From Fimbriimonadales bacterium (GTDB lineage: Bacteria; Armatimonadota; Fimbriimonadia; Fimbriimonadales; ATM1), in contig JBGTLG010000015.1 in NCBI GenBank assembly GCA_041744215.1, positions 165,973 to 229,972 of the forward strand: a stretch of DNA of 64,000 bases, read 5' to 3'. Position 1 is the stretch's first letter; the number at the start of each line of letters is the position of its first letter. The notes beneath the pieces were generated by a model. The model was not told the DNA's origin. It worked only from the letters and a program-made list of their open reading frames with translations, and did not search any database. The translations under genes were made by a program, and so were the position numbers. Below, one piece after another: positions 18,453 through 29,690 of the stretch.

Positions 18453-19373
18453 TTAAGACTTTGCCCTGGGATGAGCCCGATCGTACTTCCGACGAAGCGT
18501 TGCCCCGTCGAGTTGCGTGTAAATGTCGGTCGTCGCAACAGACTCATGTCCAAGGAGCTCCTGGACACTGCGAAGATCAGCACCGGCCTGTACAAGATGT
18601 ACTGCGTAGGAGTGGCGCAATGTGTGTGGGCCGATCGCCTTAGTCATCCCGGCCCTTTTTGCGTAACCCTGGAGAATCCTGAACACGCCCGAGCGCGAAA
18701 GCGGACGCCCGCGCCGGTTCACAAAGAACGACGAGCCACTTCCCGTATTCGTCATAGCAGACCGCGACTCCACCAAGTAGCGATCGAACCAGTCCTTCGT
18801 GCCAGCAGGTACAGGCACGAGCCGCGTCTTCTGCCTCTTACCAAGGATTCGCAAAACAGATTCCGTCGCGACGTAGTCCTCAGTTCGCAGACTGACCAAC
18901 TCCGACACCCGCAATCCCGTTCCATAGAGCGCCTCCAGCATAACTCGGTCGCGCATTCCTGATGGCGACGAAACGTCTGGCGCCGAGAGAAGTGCCGTTA
19001 GCTCGTCGACGGTCAGGGCCTTAGGCAGTGGCCTCGCACGGTGGCTTCGGGTGGGTTCCAACATTCCGCTCGGCGGGCCCGATCCCCGCTTGATGAGGAA
19101 TCTAAGCAAACTGCGTACCGAAGAGGCCTTACGAGAGATGCTCGACTGAGCCAAACTGAGCGACGCTAACACCCCCCTTACACGCGAGTCCACAGCTTCG
19201 TCGTACTGCGACCACGACTTCAGATTCCACTTCCTCAGGAATGTGCCGATCTGCTTGAGGTCTGTGTGATACGCAAGAACCGTGTGGTGACTCGCACCTC
19301 GCTCCACGGCGAGATTATCGAGGAACCACTCGACTTCTTCGGTCAGTTGGTCGGTCGTTTCCGAAAAATGCAT
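18453..19373 (-). CDS. xerD: Site-specific tyrosine recombinase XerD-like
   Basis: LAVERGASHHTVLAY, RDRVMLEALYGTGLRVSEL, GKRQKTRLVP, PHTLRHSYAVHL, LRSVQELLGH, TTDIYT. Confidence 0.88.
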   Translation of the reverse strand: MHFSETTDQLTEEVEWFLDNLAVERGASHHTVLAYHTDLKQIGTFLRKWNLKSWSQYDEAVDSRVRGVLASLSLAQSSISRKASSVRSLLRFLIKRGSGPPSGMLEPTRSHRARPLPKALTVDELTALLSAPDVSSPSGMRDRVMLEALYGTGLRVSELVSLRTEDYVATESVLRILGKRQKTRLVPVPAGTKDWFDRYLVESRSAMTNTGSGSSFFVNRRGRPLSRSGVFRILQGYAKRAGMTKAIGPHTLRHSYAVHLVQAGADLRSVQELLGHESVATTDIYTQLDGATLRRKYDRAHPRAKS

Positions 19374-21070
19374 ACGGTTGGCTGTATGTACATCATGTCG
19401 TGAAGCAGCGGATAGCCCCTCAGAATGATGTTGCGAACAATGGCCCGGTCCACTTGACTCGGACGCGTTTCGTTATCTGCCTCGTACACGCTGCCGCCCC
19501 AAACGACGGCGGCGAGGTCGTAGGTTTCTGTCAATCGATCGATGCACTCGACAAAATCGGGCTGGTTTATCCGGTCATGATCATAGAACTCGAAGCTGCT
19601 GAAGGTTATCCACTCAGGTTGGGCTACAGTTACGATCCGCGGATCCCACTCCTTTCTGGGACCTTCGCTCGGTATGTACCTAATCAGACTGTGATTCTCC
19701 TCGTGCATCGCTCGAAGACGATTGTCGGCGCCGAGCAATCCTGTATTCGCGAAAAGAGGTGGCGACCAGAACCAAGGGTCCATCACAAATCCGATTGTCT
19801 GCTCCTGAGCGTTCGATTTGATCCATCTCGCAGCAATGTCTCTCGGATCTTCGGTCGCCATAAACGCGCTCAACCGAATTGCTCCGTTCTCTGTACGCAT
19901 TGAAAATCCGACAGCCAAGATGGCTACCATGTTAAGGATGCGCCAGTACTTACCTTTGGCATGGATTTGACCGACCAGGTATCCGAACCCTACCGCGAGG
20001 AACGGAAGAAGGGGGAAAACGTAGCGCAGAAACTTTACCTCTGCCCGGCCAATAACGATAAAGTAGGCGACGCAAAAGATAACAAATGGGATCGCCCACT
20101 TTTCTCGCTTGAAGACAGCGACTCCAAGCCCAATGACAGCCAGAACAAGCGCGACCATCCCGAAGGCAGCTACGAGGTTAACTAGATGATAGGCAAAACC
20201 AGATGGAGTGTTTGCGAATACAATTCCATGACCTTCAGCAGTGTGCGCAATTTCATAGAGAAAGTCACGGCGGAACAGAGAGAACTGCGCAATGACGCCT
20301 GGCGTTGCAAGCAAGAAGCCTACGATCGCTCCGATTCCGATGGCACAACTGCCACGGACGAACTGCCCCCGATCCACGCTCCACAAGGCCCACAAACCGG
20401 ACAAGATCAGCAGTGCGCCTGTGTACTTCGTGCCAGCTGCCATTCCGGCGACGAGCCCGAACAGGGCTGCGTTTTTGACCCTCTGCTCTTCGGGAACATG
20501 AAGGATCCGCCATATCATGAAAGCGGCGATTGCAATCAACAAGACCGCCGTAATGTCGGAGGTTGCAAATCTCGAATGAACGACGTGACCCGGTGCTATG
20601 AGCAGTGCGAAGCATCCTGTAATGGCACCAAGCAGATTAGTTAAACTCGCAAGCAAGAGAAAAACGACCGCGATCGTTGCCGCCCCGCAGGTTGCAGAGA
20701 TCACGCGACCACTCATGGTTAATCCGCCCAGGTACTGCCACTCAGCTGTCGTTTCGCCGGTCGGAACCCATCCGTAGGCCTTCCCCATTTGCATGACAAT
20801 CTTTGTCGCTGTGAAGTAGAGGGTCCCATAATTGTAGAAGCCCACGTGCCAAGGAGCTGCCATCTCGTCAGCCACTAACATGTTGAGCGTCTCATCTGGA
20901 TGCAGCGATTGATTCCGCATCTCGTTTGGCATCCCCCACCCGATACCTACGATTCGCAAGCCCAAAGCGATCAGAAAGATCGCGATAGCCAAAAGAGCCC
21001 GCGCGCGCCCCGACAGCGGGTTAAGAAATGGTTTCAAGGGCGGAGACTCTATCGGGCTGTTCGCTGCCAC
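19343..21070 (-). CDS. GT-C membrane glycosyltransferase (family 39 / ArnT-PMT-like)
   Basis: HPDE acidic motif after TM1, HSRFATSD, GTKYTG, RYVFPLLP; about 12 TM segments. Confidence 0.8.
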   Translation of the reverse strand: MAANSPIESPPLKPFLNPLSGRARALLAIAIFLIALGLRIVGIGWGMPNEMRNQSLHPDETLNMLVADEMAAPWHVGFYNYGTLYFTATKIVMQMGKAYGWVPTGETTAEWQYLGGLTMSGRVISATCGAATIAVVFLLLASLTNLLGAITGCFALLIAPGHVVHSRFATSDITAVLLIAIAAFMIWRILHVPEEQRVKNAALFGLVAGMAAGTKYTGALLILSGLWALWSVDRGQFVRGSCAIGIGAIVGFLLATPGVIAQFSLFRRDFLYEIAHTAEGHGIVFANTPSGFAYHLVNLVAAFGMVALVLAVIGLGVAVFKREKWAIPFVIFCVAYFIVIGRAEVKFLRYVFPLLPFLAVGFGYLVGQIHAKGKYWRILNMVAILAVGFSMRTENGAIRLSAFMATEDPRDIAARWIKSNAQEQTIGFVMDPWFWSPPLFANTGLLGADNRLRAMHEENHSLIRYIPSEGPRKEWDPRIVTVAQPEWITFSSFEFYDHDRINQPDFVECIDRLTETYDLAAVVWGGSVYEADNETRPSQVDRAIVRNIILRGYPLLHDMMYIQPTVCIFRKRPTN

Positions 21071-21566
21071 GAGCGGATCTTAGCACCGCGAGTAACGTCT
21101 CGACCACTTCCTTAGAGAACTCAGATTGCTGCCCTCTGCGAAGTACGTCTCGAGCAAGGAACGCGCCCTGAATTCGTGCCGCATCACAATACGCCTCGCA
21201 AGCTGCAAGAATACGTGATTCGAGAGGCGCAGGCACCTGCACTGGCACGTGGTGGAATCGCACTACATCGACCACGTCATCAAAGCCATTGATCTCTTTT
21301 AGGATCTCCGCACCGCGCTCAGGGTGTTTAGCGTAGGCGTCTCGCGCCCGTGAACTCAGCGGCGACAGCAAAGTGCGTGGAATCTCCAGCAAGCCAATGT
21401 CGCTGACCCGAGCTGCAGCAGCCAGACGCGACAATCGGTCCCGATCCATACCAAGCCTTGCGCCCGCTCGCATCGCGAGCGTGCAGACTGCATCAGAGCG
21501 ACGCCGATCGGCTAAGTGAGCATCTATCATAGCGGATATCAGAGCCAGTTTTGCTTCACGCGCCAA
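21021..21566 (-). CDS. Degenerate HD-GYP-like domain protein
   Basis: SDIG (instead of HDIG), KHPERGAEIL, RFHH, PLESRILAACEAY; no GYP; strong SD GGAGG before TTG. Confidence 0.7.
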   Translation of the reverse strand: MAREAKLALISAMIDAHLADRRRSDAVCTLAMRAGARLGMDRDRLSRLAAAARVSDIGLLEIPRTLLSPLSSRARDAYAKHPERGAEILKEINGFDDVVDVVRFHHVPVQVPAPLESRILAACEAYCDAARIQGAFLARDVLRRGQQSEFSKEVVETLLAVLRSARGSEQPDRVSALETIS

Positions 21567-22305
21567 GTATCGCCTCCTTCGACTCCATTACAGAGTTAAA
21601 TGCTCTCACCACTTCACCGTCGAACTGCTTTCCGGCACAGCTGCACAACTCAGCCATCGCTTCTTTCCGAACTCTCCGAATACGATAGGGATGCGAATCT
21701 TCCTCTCCCGCTCCGCCCACCATCGCATCGTAAGCATCGGCTACTGCGATGATCCTGCTCTCAAGTGGAATCTCATCACCACCGATCCCGTCCGGGTACC
21801 CGCGCCCATCGACACGCTCATGGTGGTGCCGAACCCAAGGCGCAAATTCTCGGGTAGTCGCACATTCAGACAGAATTTCGCCGCCCGCGACCGCATGACG
21901 CTTCACTTCCTCGAACTCCTCCGGACTTAGCGGCCCTTCCCTCATGAACAGGGAGCGCTCAATGGCCATCTTCCCGATGTCGTGAAGCATTGCCGCTGCA
22001 TGAACTCTGCGTGTATGCTTAGACCCCAACCCCAATTCACAGGCAATGGCTCCGGAGTAGGCAGCTGCGCGAAAAGAGTGAAGGTAGAGCGCACGATCCG
22101 TCGCTCGCATCAACTGTGTTGCCGCCTGTACTTCGTCAACACCTGCCCGACGATCCCGAAGCACAATGTAAGAAATCGGGCAGACACCTGCAGCCAGTAG
22201 GAGAGCCGCCAGCCCGGGAGGTCCCGCGACAAAAGTAAGCGCGCCGCCAGCGGTCAATCCGCCCGCAGCAACCCATGCTCCCTGTTTCGCCATCCTGGCA
22301 TCCAT
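21556..22305 (-). CDS. Membrane-anchored HD-GYP cyclic-dinucleotide phosphodiesterase
   Basis: N-terminal TM segments, HSFR, LHDIGK, HHERVDGRGYPDG, IPLESRIIAVADAYDAM. Confidence 0.88.
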   Translation of the reverse strand: MDARMAKQGAWVAAGGLTAGGALTFVAGPPGLAALLLAAGVCPISYIVLRDRRAGVDEVQAATQLMRATDRALYLHSFRAAAYSGAIACELGLGSKHTRRVHAAAMLHDIGKMAIERSLFMREGPLSPEEFEEVKRHAVAGGEILSECATTREFAPWVRHHHERVDGRGYPDGIGGDEIPLESRIIAVADAYDAMVGGAGEEDSHPYRIRRVRKEAMAELCSCAGKQFDGEVVRAFNSVMESKEAILGA

Positions 22306-22394
22306 CGCAGTCCTTTGCGAAAAACGCGGCTTCTTACGTGATTCGGGTTCCGGATCACCCGTCTTTCAGACAAATCCGAAACCCAAAACGATTC

Positions 22395-23342
22395 TCACTT
22401 TTTGGAAAGTGAGGCCTGACCCTTCATTTTGATCTCTTCAACCGGACCGTTGACTCCCTTGATGCTGATTGCTGCGTGCCCTTCGCTCGTACCCCGAATC
22501 CTGAGTGGCCAAAGGGTTGCCTTGTCGAGATAATAATCAACGTCCATTTCAAGCTTCAACTTGATTGATGTGACTGGAAAGGCCGCGGGTTCATATCCAT
22601 ACAATTCGGCTACGTAGGCTGCGGCGTCTGAATCCTGAACGAGCTTGCCTTGGATCCACGTCACCGTCTTGCCCTCCCATTCGGTGTCGCCCTTGTATGT
22701 GTACTCATAGTCGAGCCGAGACACGAGATTCTTTCCTTTGTCCGCGCCCGCCTTCACGGTGATCGGCGCATAAGCCTTCGTCTCTTTCCAAGTGTCACCG
22801 ATCTCAATGGGTCTTGCGGGCAGTGTCGGACCGAAGTCGAAGAAATTGACGAAACCCGACAGCTGAAACAGTTGCTGCACGTAGTTGCCGACGATCTCGA
22901 GTTGGGCGAAGCCTGCCGCCCCGGCTGTTCGAATCCAAAGTCCATCTTTCTTGTCGGTCCTTGGCGGTGACTCGTCCTTGATGGCAAGGATCTGATTTGC
23001 CCGACTCAACGTGAAAAGGACGTTGTCTTTCATGTCGATCGTTTGCTTCTCGGCATCCCCCCACGGGGATTCGCTGACGTCCACAACAATCTGTGGTCGC
23101 TTGAATCTGAGGTCTGCAACGCCGTCAGGCTTTTGCCGCTCAACATCAAATGTGAATGAATAAGTTGTCAGATTGCGAACCGGAAAGAAGTTTTGAAACG
23201 GGTACTGTCGAAACTCCATGTCGAGTCTGCTAGAGAACGCATATGAGCTCTTAGAGTTGCCCTCATAAAGCCGCGCCAGCAAAACCTTGTCGCTCGACCC
23301 GGTGAGCCCCACCACTACAATTGTAAGAATCGAAAGAGTCAC
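22395..23342 (-). CDS. Hypothetical secreted beta-rich protein
   Basis: Long ORF with hydrophobic N-terminus and LPARPIEIGDTWK motif; GTG start at 23342 with GGAGGA upstream. Confidence 0.65.
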   Translation of the reverse strand: MTLSILTIVVVGLTGSSDKVLLARLYEGNSKSSYAFSSRLDMEFRQYPFQNFFPVRNLTTYSFTFDVERQKPDGVADLRFKRPQIVVDVSESPWGDAEKQTIDMKDNVLFTLSRANQILAIKDESPPRTDKKDGLWIRTAGAAGFAQLEIVGNYVQQLFQLSGFVNFFDFGPTLPARPIEIGDTWKETKAYAPITVKAGADKGKNLVSRLDYEYTYKGDTEWEGKTVTWIQGKLVQDSDAAAYVAELYGYEPAAFPVTSIKLKLEMDVDYYLDKATLWPLRIRGTSEGHAAISIKGVNGPVEEIKMKGQASLSKK

Positions 23343-23365
23343 GGCATCTATTCCTCCTGGCCCGT

Positions 23366-23803
23366 TTGGGCCATGATCATTGTACTCCCGCATTGAGACG
23401 CGTTGCCCTTCTCTTGGTTACACTGCTCTGGTGGTCGATCGTTTTCGGCTCCAGCGGCGAGGGCGCGTCCGGCAGCTGGACCGCAAAGCTACTTGCCGAC
23501 TGGCTTGGGCTCAGCGGTTCCGGACTGGAAACTGCCAATTTCCTCGTCCGAAAGGCCGGGCACGTCATCTACTATGGGGTCCTCACTGCACTCATCGCTT
23601 GCCTGGTCTATGGCTGGCTGCTCTCGTGCAGAATCCGCAGCATCGTGCTCGCGAGCATGCTCGCCATAACTACCGGAGTTTTCGACGAGGCTCGCCAATC
23701 ACTCTTTGAATCAAGATCGGGCACGCCGATTGATCTGATCTATGACTCGGTTGGAATAGCGGTTGCTGCCGCGGTGTTCTTGCGAGCGACTCGCGGGAAG
23801 TAG
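23366..23803 (+). CDS. VanZ family membrane protein
   Basis: [26 protein letters not shown] and DLIYDSVG motifs; start uncertain. Confidence 0.8.
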   Translation: MGHDHCTPALRRVALLLVTLLWWSIVFGSSGEGASGSWTAKLLADWLGLSGSGLETANFLVRKAGHVIYYGVLTALIACLVYGWLLSCRIRSIVLASMLAITTGVFDEARQSLFESRSGTPIDLIYDSVGIAVAAAVFLRATRGK

Positions 23804-26800
23804 TCGTCAAGAGCCTTGCAATGGACACGTGCCTTGTCCCTGCGCGCTTTCAGTGAGACGATGAACGCTTCCGCAGTGTCTATGGCCGTCAAGCATGGAA
23901 TTCCCGATTCGACGCACACTCGCCTAATCCGCATCGCTTCCGCTTCTGCGGAACGATCCGGGCTTGGCGTGTTGATTAACAACGAGACTTCGCCGGATCT
24001 CACCCTCGTAAGCACGTTGTCCTCGCCTTCACTGATTCGAGATACAGCTTGTGACTGAATCAGGTTCTTAGAAAGGTGCGCGTGGGTCCCGGCCGTGGCA
24101 AGGATTCGGAATCCATGCGCGACCAGTTCGCGAGCGATGCCGACAGATCGCTCCTTGTCGTCATTAGACACAGTTATCAACGCAGTCCCTGACTCCGGAA
24201 ACCTCATACCAGCCCCCAACATAGCCTTCATCAGGGCACTCGGATAACTGTGATCTATCCCCAACACCTCACCGGTTGATTTCATCTCCGGACCGAGGGT
24301 TGGCTCTACAAGTGTCAGTTTCTGAAAGCTGAATACGGGCGCCTTAACAGCGAACAGTCCAGGGTCCGGTGGGCTCAACACCGAGTCATTGAGTCCGAAT
24401 TCGCTCACCTCGCTGCGCTCGGGATCCCACACTCCGCTACGATAACCTTGAGCATCAAGCGACATTCCAAGCGCGCATCGTGTGGCGATCTTGACCATTG
24501 GAAGACCAGTCACCTTGCTGAGATACGGCACCGTGCGACTGGCGCGAGGGTTGACTTCAAGTACATAGACCACTCCGTCCTCAACCACAAACTGGATGTT
24601 CATCAGACCCTTCACACCCAGTTCCCTCGCAATCAAGCATGCTGACCGCACCATCTGTCTCTGTTCTTCGACAGTTAGCGAAACTGCCGGGTAAACCGCC
24701 ATGCTGTCGCCACTGTGGACACCTGCCCGCTCCACATGCTCCATGATTCCTGGGACGAGAGTATCGACACCATCGGAGATCACATCGACTTCCGCCTCTT
24801 TGCCAATAATGTACCGATCGACAAGTACGGGCGCCCTCCCACTTGCGCGCGTGGCAGCGGACATATAACTTCGCAGGTCCGACTCGTTCCACACGATTTC
24901 CATTGCACGTCCGCCGAGAACAAAACTGGGTCGTACGAGCACTGGATAGCCAATGTCGCGCGCCACTGCGACGGCCTCATCGGCAGAAGTAACGCCGCGG
25001 CCAGGGGGTTTTGGGATCTCCAACTTAGTGAGTAGCTGCTCAAACAGATCACGGTCTTCCGCTGCGCGGATCGCCGCTGGCGATGTACCCATCACTGGCA
25101 AGCCGCTGGATTCAAGCGAATCCGCGAGATTAATCGCGGTCTGGCCACCAAACTGGAGCATCACTCCGGTGACACCTTCATGTGTTGCCACGTGCAGGGC
25201 GTCCTCCTTCGTAACTGGATCGAAGTAAAGCGCATCAGCAGTATCGAAATCGGTGCTGACTGTTTCTGGATTGTTGTTAAGAATGACGGATCGATATCCA
25301 AGTTCGCGCAATTCCCACGCGCAGTGAACGCACGAGTAATCAAACTCGATCCCCTGCCCTATGCGAATGGGACCGCTACCCAAGACAAGAATAGCGGGTT
25401 TCGAGGTGTCGCTTACAAAGTCATCTTCCGTGTCGGGGGACGAGTAGTAATAGGGTGTCTTGCTCTCAAACTCGCCCGCGCAAGTATCGACCATCTTGAA
25501 TCCCATGGCCGGTGGAACGGTTGCCCCCTTAGCGAGTGCCTCGACACGCTCCAAAAACCAGGGATCAACGCGGCATAGCTCTCTCACGCGCTGGACTCCC
25601 CAATCCCTCCGCAATGCTTCGCATATCGCCCAAAGGCGGTCGTCCGTTGCGACACGAACTGCCTCCGCGAGGTCGTCGTCGTCCATCGCTGAAAACTTCG
25701 GATCATGCAGGGTGTCTGTATCGACTTCGAGTCCTCTCACCGCTTTCATCAATGCGCCCTCGAAGGTGCGGTCGATCGCCATCACTTCGCCCGTTGCTTT
25801 CATCTGCGTGCCGAGTCGTCTGTCGCCGCTGGTGAATTTATCGAACGGCCAACGAGGGATCTTCACGACGCAGTAATCGAGTGCAGGCTCAAAGCAGGCC
25901 TTCGTGGTCTTCGTCACCGCATTCTCAATCTCATCAAGCGTCTTGCCAATAGCAATCTTCGCCGACACCCTTGCGATCGGATAGCCCGTCGCCTTCGAAG
26001 CAAGCGCTGAGGACCGAGACACGCGGGGATTGACCTCGATAACATAGTAGTCGAACGAATTTGGATTGACCGCAAGTTGCACATTGCAGCCGCCCTCGAC
26101 CCCGAGGGCGCGAATGATCTTCAGCGATGCGCTGCGCAAGATGTGATACTCAACGTCGGAGAGCGTTTGCGATGGTGCGATGACAATCGAATCGCCAGTA
26201 TGAACTCCCATCGGATCGAAGTTCTCCATGTTGCAGATCGTGATGCAGTTGTCAGCGCTATCGCGCATAACTTCGTACTCGATCTCTTTCCACCCAAGCA
26301 ACGAACGCTCCACTAAAACCTGACGGCGCATGCTCAACTGGAGCCCTAATCGCCCAATATCCCATAAATCATCCGGTGAACTTGCGACACCCCCCCCCGT
26401 CCCGCCGAGTGTGTAGGCCGGGCGAACAATGCACGGATACGGCACTCTCGGAATCAGTTCTTGCAGCTGCTCTTCCGATTCGACGATCCAGCTCTCCGGA
26501 ACCGGCTCGCGAATCTCCCTCATCAGGGTCCTGAACTCCTCACGATCCTCCGCCAAACGAATCGTGTTCAGCGAAGTTCCGAGCAACTTGACATTGTAGT
26601 CCTCCAGGATTCCTGCTTCTGCAAGCTGAGTGGCCAGATTGAGCCCAGTCTGCCCACCAAGCGATGCAAGCAAGCCGTCCGGTCGCTCCTGTGCGATAAC
26701 CCGCTCGCAAAACTCGACGGTGAGCGGCTCAATGTAAACCCGGTCCGCCGTTTCGAGGTCGGTCATGATGGTCGCTGGATTGCTGTTGATCAAGACAACT

Positions 26801-26910
26801 TCCAGCCCCTCTTCTCGCAGCGATCGGCAGGCTTGCGAGCCGGCATAATCGAACTCAGCTGCCTGACCGATCACTATCGGGCCGCTACCAATTACTAAAA
26901 CCTTTCTCAC
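23740..26910 (-). CDS. carB: Carbamoyl-phosphate synthase large subunit
   Basis: [32 protein letters not shown], second repeat [18 protein letters not shown] domain; GTG start overlapping the carA stop. Confidence 0.97.
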   Translation of the reverse strand: MRKVLVIGSGPIVIGQAAEFDYAGSQACRSLREEGLEVVLINSNPATIMTDLETADRVYIEPLTVEFCERVIAQERPDGLLASLGGQTGLNLATQLAEAGILEDYNVKLLGTSLNTIRLAEDREEFRTLMREIREPVPESWIVESEEQLQELIPRVPYPCIVRPAYTLGGTGGGVASSPDDLWDIGRLGLQLSMRRQVLVERSLLGWKEIEYEVMRDSADNCITICNMENFDPMGVHTGDSIVIAPSQTLSDVEYHILRSASLKIIRALGVEGGCNVQLAVNPNSFDYYVIEVNPRVSRSSALASKATGYPIARVSAKIAIGKTLDEIENAVTKTTKACFEPALDYCVVKIPRWPFDKFTSGDRRLGTQMKATGEVMAIDRTFEGALMKAVRGLEVDTDTLHDPKFSAMDDDDLAEAVRVATDDRLWAICEALRRDWGVQRVRELCRVDPWFLERVEALAKGATVPPAMGFKMVDTCAGEFESKTPYYYSSPDTEDDFVSDTSKPAILVLGSGPIRIGQGIEFDYSCVHCAWELRELGYRSVILNNNPETVSTDFDTADALYFDPVTKEDALHVATHEGVTGVMLQFGGQTAINLADSLESSGLPVMGTSPAAIRAAEDRDLFEQLLTKLEIPKPPGRGVTSADEAVAVARDIGYPVLVRPSFVLGGRAMEIVWNESDLRSYMSAATRASGRAPVLVDRYIIGKEAEVDVISDGVDTLVPGIMEHVERAGVHSGDSMAVYPAVSLTVEEQRQMVRSACLIARELGVKGLMNIQFVVEDGVVYVLEVNPRASRTVPYLSKVTGLPMVKIATRCALGMSLDAQGYRSGVWDPERSEVSEFGLNDSVLSPPDPGLFAVKAPVFSFQKLTLVEPTLGPEMKSTGEVLGIDHSYPSALMKAMLGAGMRFPESGTALITVSNDDKERSVGIARELVAHGFRILATAGTHAHLSKNLIQSQAVSRISEGEDNVLTRVRSGEVSLLINTPSPDRSAEAEAMRIRRVCVESGIPCLTAIDTAEAFIVSLKARRDKARVHCKALDDYFPRVARKNTAAATAIPTES

Positions 26911-28016
26911 GCGCCTGCCCTCTCGATTCGTTGAACAAACTCTTCGAAATATGGCCTGCTGTCCCAAGGTCCGGGCGCAGCTTCAGGATGATACTGAATG
27001 CTGATCACACCATATGCTTCGTGGCGCAACCCTTCCACAGTCCCATCGTTCAAATTCACTTGGGTGACTTCTGCGCCAGTACCAACCAGAGAACTCGGAT
27101 CGACCGCGTAGCCATGGTTCTGGCTCGTGATCGTTGTCTTTCCCGACACCAAGTCTTTCACAGGGTGGTTACTGCCTCTGTGGCCGAACTTTAACTTGAA
27201 AGTCTTCCCACCGATTGCGTGCGCAACCATCTGATTTCCGAGGCAGATCCCGAATATGGGGACCTTTCCGAAGAGCCCTCGCACTGTTTCCATCACACCC
27301 CCGAGCAAGACGGGGTCTCCGGGCCCCGGCGACAAAAGAACTCCGTCCGGCTTCCATCCAAGCACTTCTTCCGCGGTCACCGACTGCGGCAGCACGATCG
27401 ATCGGCAACTGAGCGCTGCCAAGCGCCGGAGGATGTTAAACTTCAGCCCGCAGTCGATCACGGCGACTTTGTGCTTGTAATCTGCAACCGGCTCGTCCAG
27501 GTCTTCTCTCCCGGCGGGCCCCCAGGCGTACGGAGCCGAAGTGCTCACCTGCTCGACGAAGTTCTGTTCTCCGTAATCCTGGACCGAATGCAAGAAATCC
27601 TGTGCATCCGCGACAGAGCGGGACGTCACCATGCCCATCGTAACTCCCGCGCTGCGAATGTGCTTTGCTATCGACCGCGTGTCAACACCTTGGATACCAG
27701 GAACACCTCGTTCGCACAGAAACTTGTCAAGGGTTTTACGGCTACGCCAATTGCTCGGAGATTTACAGGCTTCCCTAACTATCAATGCCGTAGGCTGAAC
27801 ACGGTCCGATTCAAAGTCGTCGTCGTTGATTCCGTAATTGCCGATAAGCGGATAGGTGAGCAACACCATCTGACCTGCATAACTGGGATCCGTAAGAATC
27901 TCCTGGTAGCCAGTCATTCCGGTATTGAACACGACCTCTCCAAAACCGTCAGTGTCGGCGCCCAGCGGCTCCCCGCTGAACACCATTCCGTCTTTAAGGA
28001 CTAGGTGTCGTTCCAA
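26907..28016 (-). CDS. carA: Carbamoyl-phosphate synthase small subunit
   Basis: [43 protein letters not shown]; start uncertain (28016-28073). Confidence 0.96.
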   Translation of the reverse strand: MERHLVLKDGMVFSGEPLGADTDGFGEVVFNTGMTGYQEILTDPSYAGQMVLLTYPLIGNYGINDDDFESDRVQPTALIVREACKSPSNWRSRKTLDKFLCERGVPGIQGVDTRSIAKHIRSAGVTMGMVTSRSVADAQDFLHSVQDYGEQNFVEQVSTSAPYAWGPAGREDLDEPVADYKHKVAVIDCGLKFNILRRLAALSCRSIVLPQSVTAEEVLGWKPDGVLLSPGPGDPVLLGGVMETVRGLFGKVPIFGICLGNQMVAHAIGGKTFKLKFGHRGSNHPVKDLVSGKTTITSQNHGYAVDPSSLVGTGAEVTQVNLNDGTVEGLRHEAYGVISIQYHPEAAPGPWDSRPYFEEFVQRIERAGA

Positions 28017-28084
28017 TGCCTCTTTGCGGCTCACGCGTGCGAAGGCCGGATCGCCTTGCTCGGGGGAACCCACACGTTATACCC

Positions 28085-28816
28085 TTAATGAAAGTAGCTC
28101 GCGCCGTTGATGTCAACCACTGCACCGCTGAGATAACTTGCCTCATCGCGAAAGAGGAACGCAGCCGTGACTGCACAATCGGCAGGCGAAGCGACACGAC
28201 CCAGTGGGATTGAGGCTTCAATCTCGGCGCGGCGATGCTCCATTCCCGGCCGGGTCATCGCAGTCTCCACCCAACCTGGCGCAATTCCAAAAACTCCTAT
28301 TCCCTTTGGTGCGAGCTCGACGGCGAGCGATCGGACCAGGTTGATTTGAGCCGCCTTGCTGGCAGCGTAGGCCGCGGCACCAGACTCCCCGCGAAAGCCC
28401 ACCCGTGAACAGACGTTGAGGATCCGCCCGCCAGGCGAGGCCCCCTGTACGAAGCTTCTCGCTAAGCGGAGAGTAGAACCAAAATTCACTTCGTAGTGGA
28501 ATCTCCAGCTCTCAAAAAACTCTTCGTCGGAGCCGGCATCGAACTGGAAAGGTCTGTACACGCCGGCGTTGTTGACTAAGCCGGAAACTTCTCCCTGCGA
28601 TTTCGCCCATTCCCACAGCCGTTCGCAGTCGGCGTGTTGCGAGAGATCAGCGCCAAACGGCGGAACTTTCCCTCCACACTCCTGCGCAACCTCCGCGGCG
28701 GCTTCATCCGCCGCACGAAAGTGAATCAGTGGGATCCAGCCATCCTTCGCCAGATGTATTGCGATGGCACGGCCAATCCCTCGCGACCCACCCGTTACCA
28801 GCACATGCCGAGACAT
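28085..28816 (-). CDS. SDR family oxidoreductase
   Basis: TGGSRGIG, NNAG, YAASK. Confidence 0.92.
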   Translation of the reverse strand: MSRHVLVTGGSRGIGRAIAIHLAKDGWIPLIHFRAADEAAAEVAQECGGKVPPFGADLSQHADCERLWEWAKSQGEVSGLVNNAGVYRPFQFDAGSDEEFFESWRFHYEVNFGSTLRLARSFVQGASPGGRILNVCSRVGFRGESGAAAYAASKAAQINLVRSLAVELAPKGIGVFGIAPGWVETAMTRPGMEHRRAEIEASIPLGRVASPADCAVTAAFLFRDEASYLSGAVVDINGASYFH

Positions 28817-28830
28817 CGGTCCAGTTTACG

Positions 28831-29313
28831 TCAAGATTCGTACTTCCGATACAATTCGACACTTCGGTTAAAGCTACCCAGCCACGACCCGCGAACAGAT
28901 GCCTCGCCCCATGATTCTTCGATGCACTCGCCGTAAACCGCCTCTACAGTCTCCACCTCAATCCGTTCGCCGGACGGAGTGACAAGCACGACCCAGTACT
29001 GCGGGTCTTCAACTTGAGTATCTTCGGACGTCAGCAGATTGGCGCCGTCGGATCTCCATCGCCGAAACACCTTTGCGTCGAAAGTACGCACAGGGTGAGT
29101 AGAAGATAGTGAGTGGAAACTGGGTCTGTGCTTATAGGCAGAAATCGAAGCGACCAGAACCGCGGCGAGGATGAGCAGGACGCCAAACGCCTTCACTGCA
29201 CCAGCAATCATTTTCAGAGCTGAGACTTCGTGTACTACGTTCGAAATGATCACCAAGAAAATGCCGAAGACGAACCCGGCTCCGGTAAAGATGTAGACAT
29301 GCTGTGGCTTCAC
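28831..29313 (-). CDS. Hypothetical membrane protein
   Basis: Two N-terminal TM helices and a small beta domain; coupled to the upstream ORF. Confidence 0.6.
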   Translation of the reverse strand: MKPQHVYIFTGAGFVFGIFLVIISNVVHEVSALKMIAGAVKAFGVLLILAAVLVASISAYKHRPSFHSLSSTHPVRTFDAKVFRRWRSDGANLLTSEDTQVEDPQYWVVLVTPSGERIEVETVEAVYGECIEESWGEASVRGSWLGSFNRSVELYRKYES

Positions 29314-29618
29314 TATAAACTCCTCGTGGTGGCATCACGCAGAAACTGCTCGAGACCCCGGAAACCGTCAGCCGTCCATTCACCGATCCGGTTCGACCGG
29401 ACTTCTATCACCACCACGCCGCGCAGGGGCAAAAAACTGATTTCAAGAGTTCCTCTTCGTCTAGTACGTCTCAAATGCCAGTGCCCGCTTCCCTCTTGTC
29501 GAGCGATCGCTCCGATAGCCCTGCACTCGAGGCCGTCGCGCGCAGCGAAGCGATCTAGCAGTCTCCAGACCTCATCGGCCGTGGTTGTGGCTTTGAAGGC
29601 TTCAATCTCTACTCGCAT
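29313..29618 (-). CDS. Hypothetical protein
   Basis: 101-aa ORF filling the gap in a minus-strand run; HWHL...GTLEI...EVRSNR.GEW motif; -10-like TAGGTT 8 nt upstream. Confidence 0.55.
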   Translation of the reverse strand: MRVEIEAFKATTTADEVWRLLDRFAARDGLECRAIGAIARQEGSGHWHLRRTRRRGTLEISFLPLRGVVVIEVRSNRIGEWTADGFRGLEQFLRDATTRSL

Positions 29619-29690
29619 TGTCTGTTAACCTAAGGCTCCCGGAAAGCCTAGTACGATTGGGCAGCCAAGTAGCGTTGCGCCACGAGCCGC

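Noticed and set aside
18453-19373. Tyrosine recombinase as the integrase of a mobile element
   Set aside because: It has XerD-type length and motifs, sits among core genes, and has no att repeats, tRNA or cargo genes nearby.
21556-21566. Frameshift splitting a single tandem HD-GYP gene
   Set aside because: The second ORF has its own well-spaced GGAGG SD before TTG, which favours two coupled genes.
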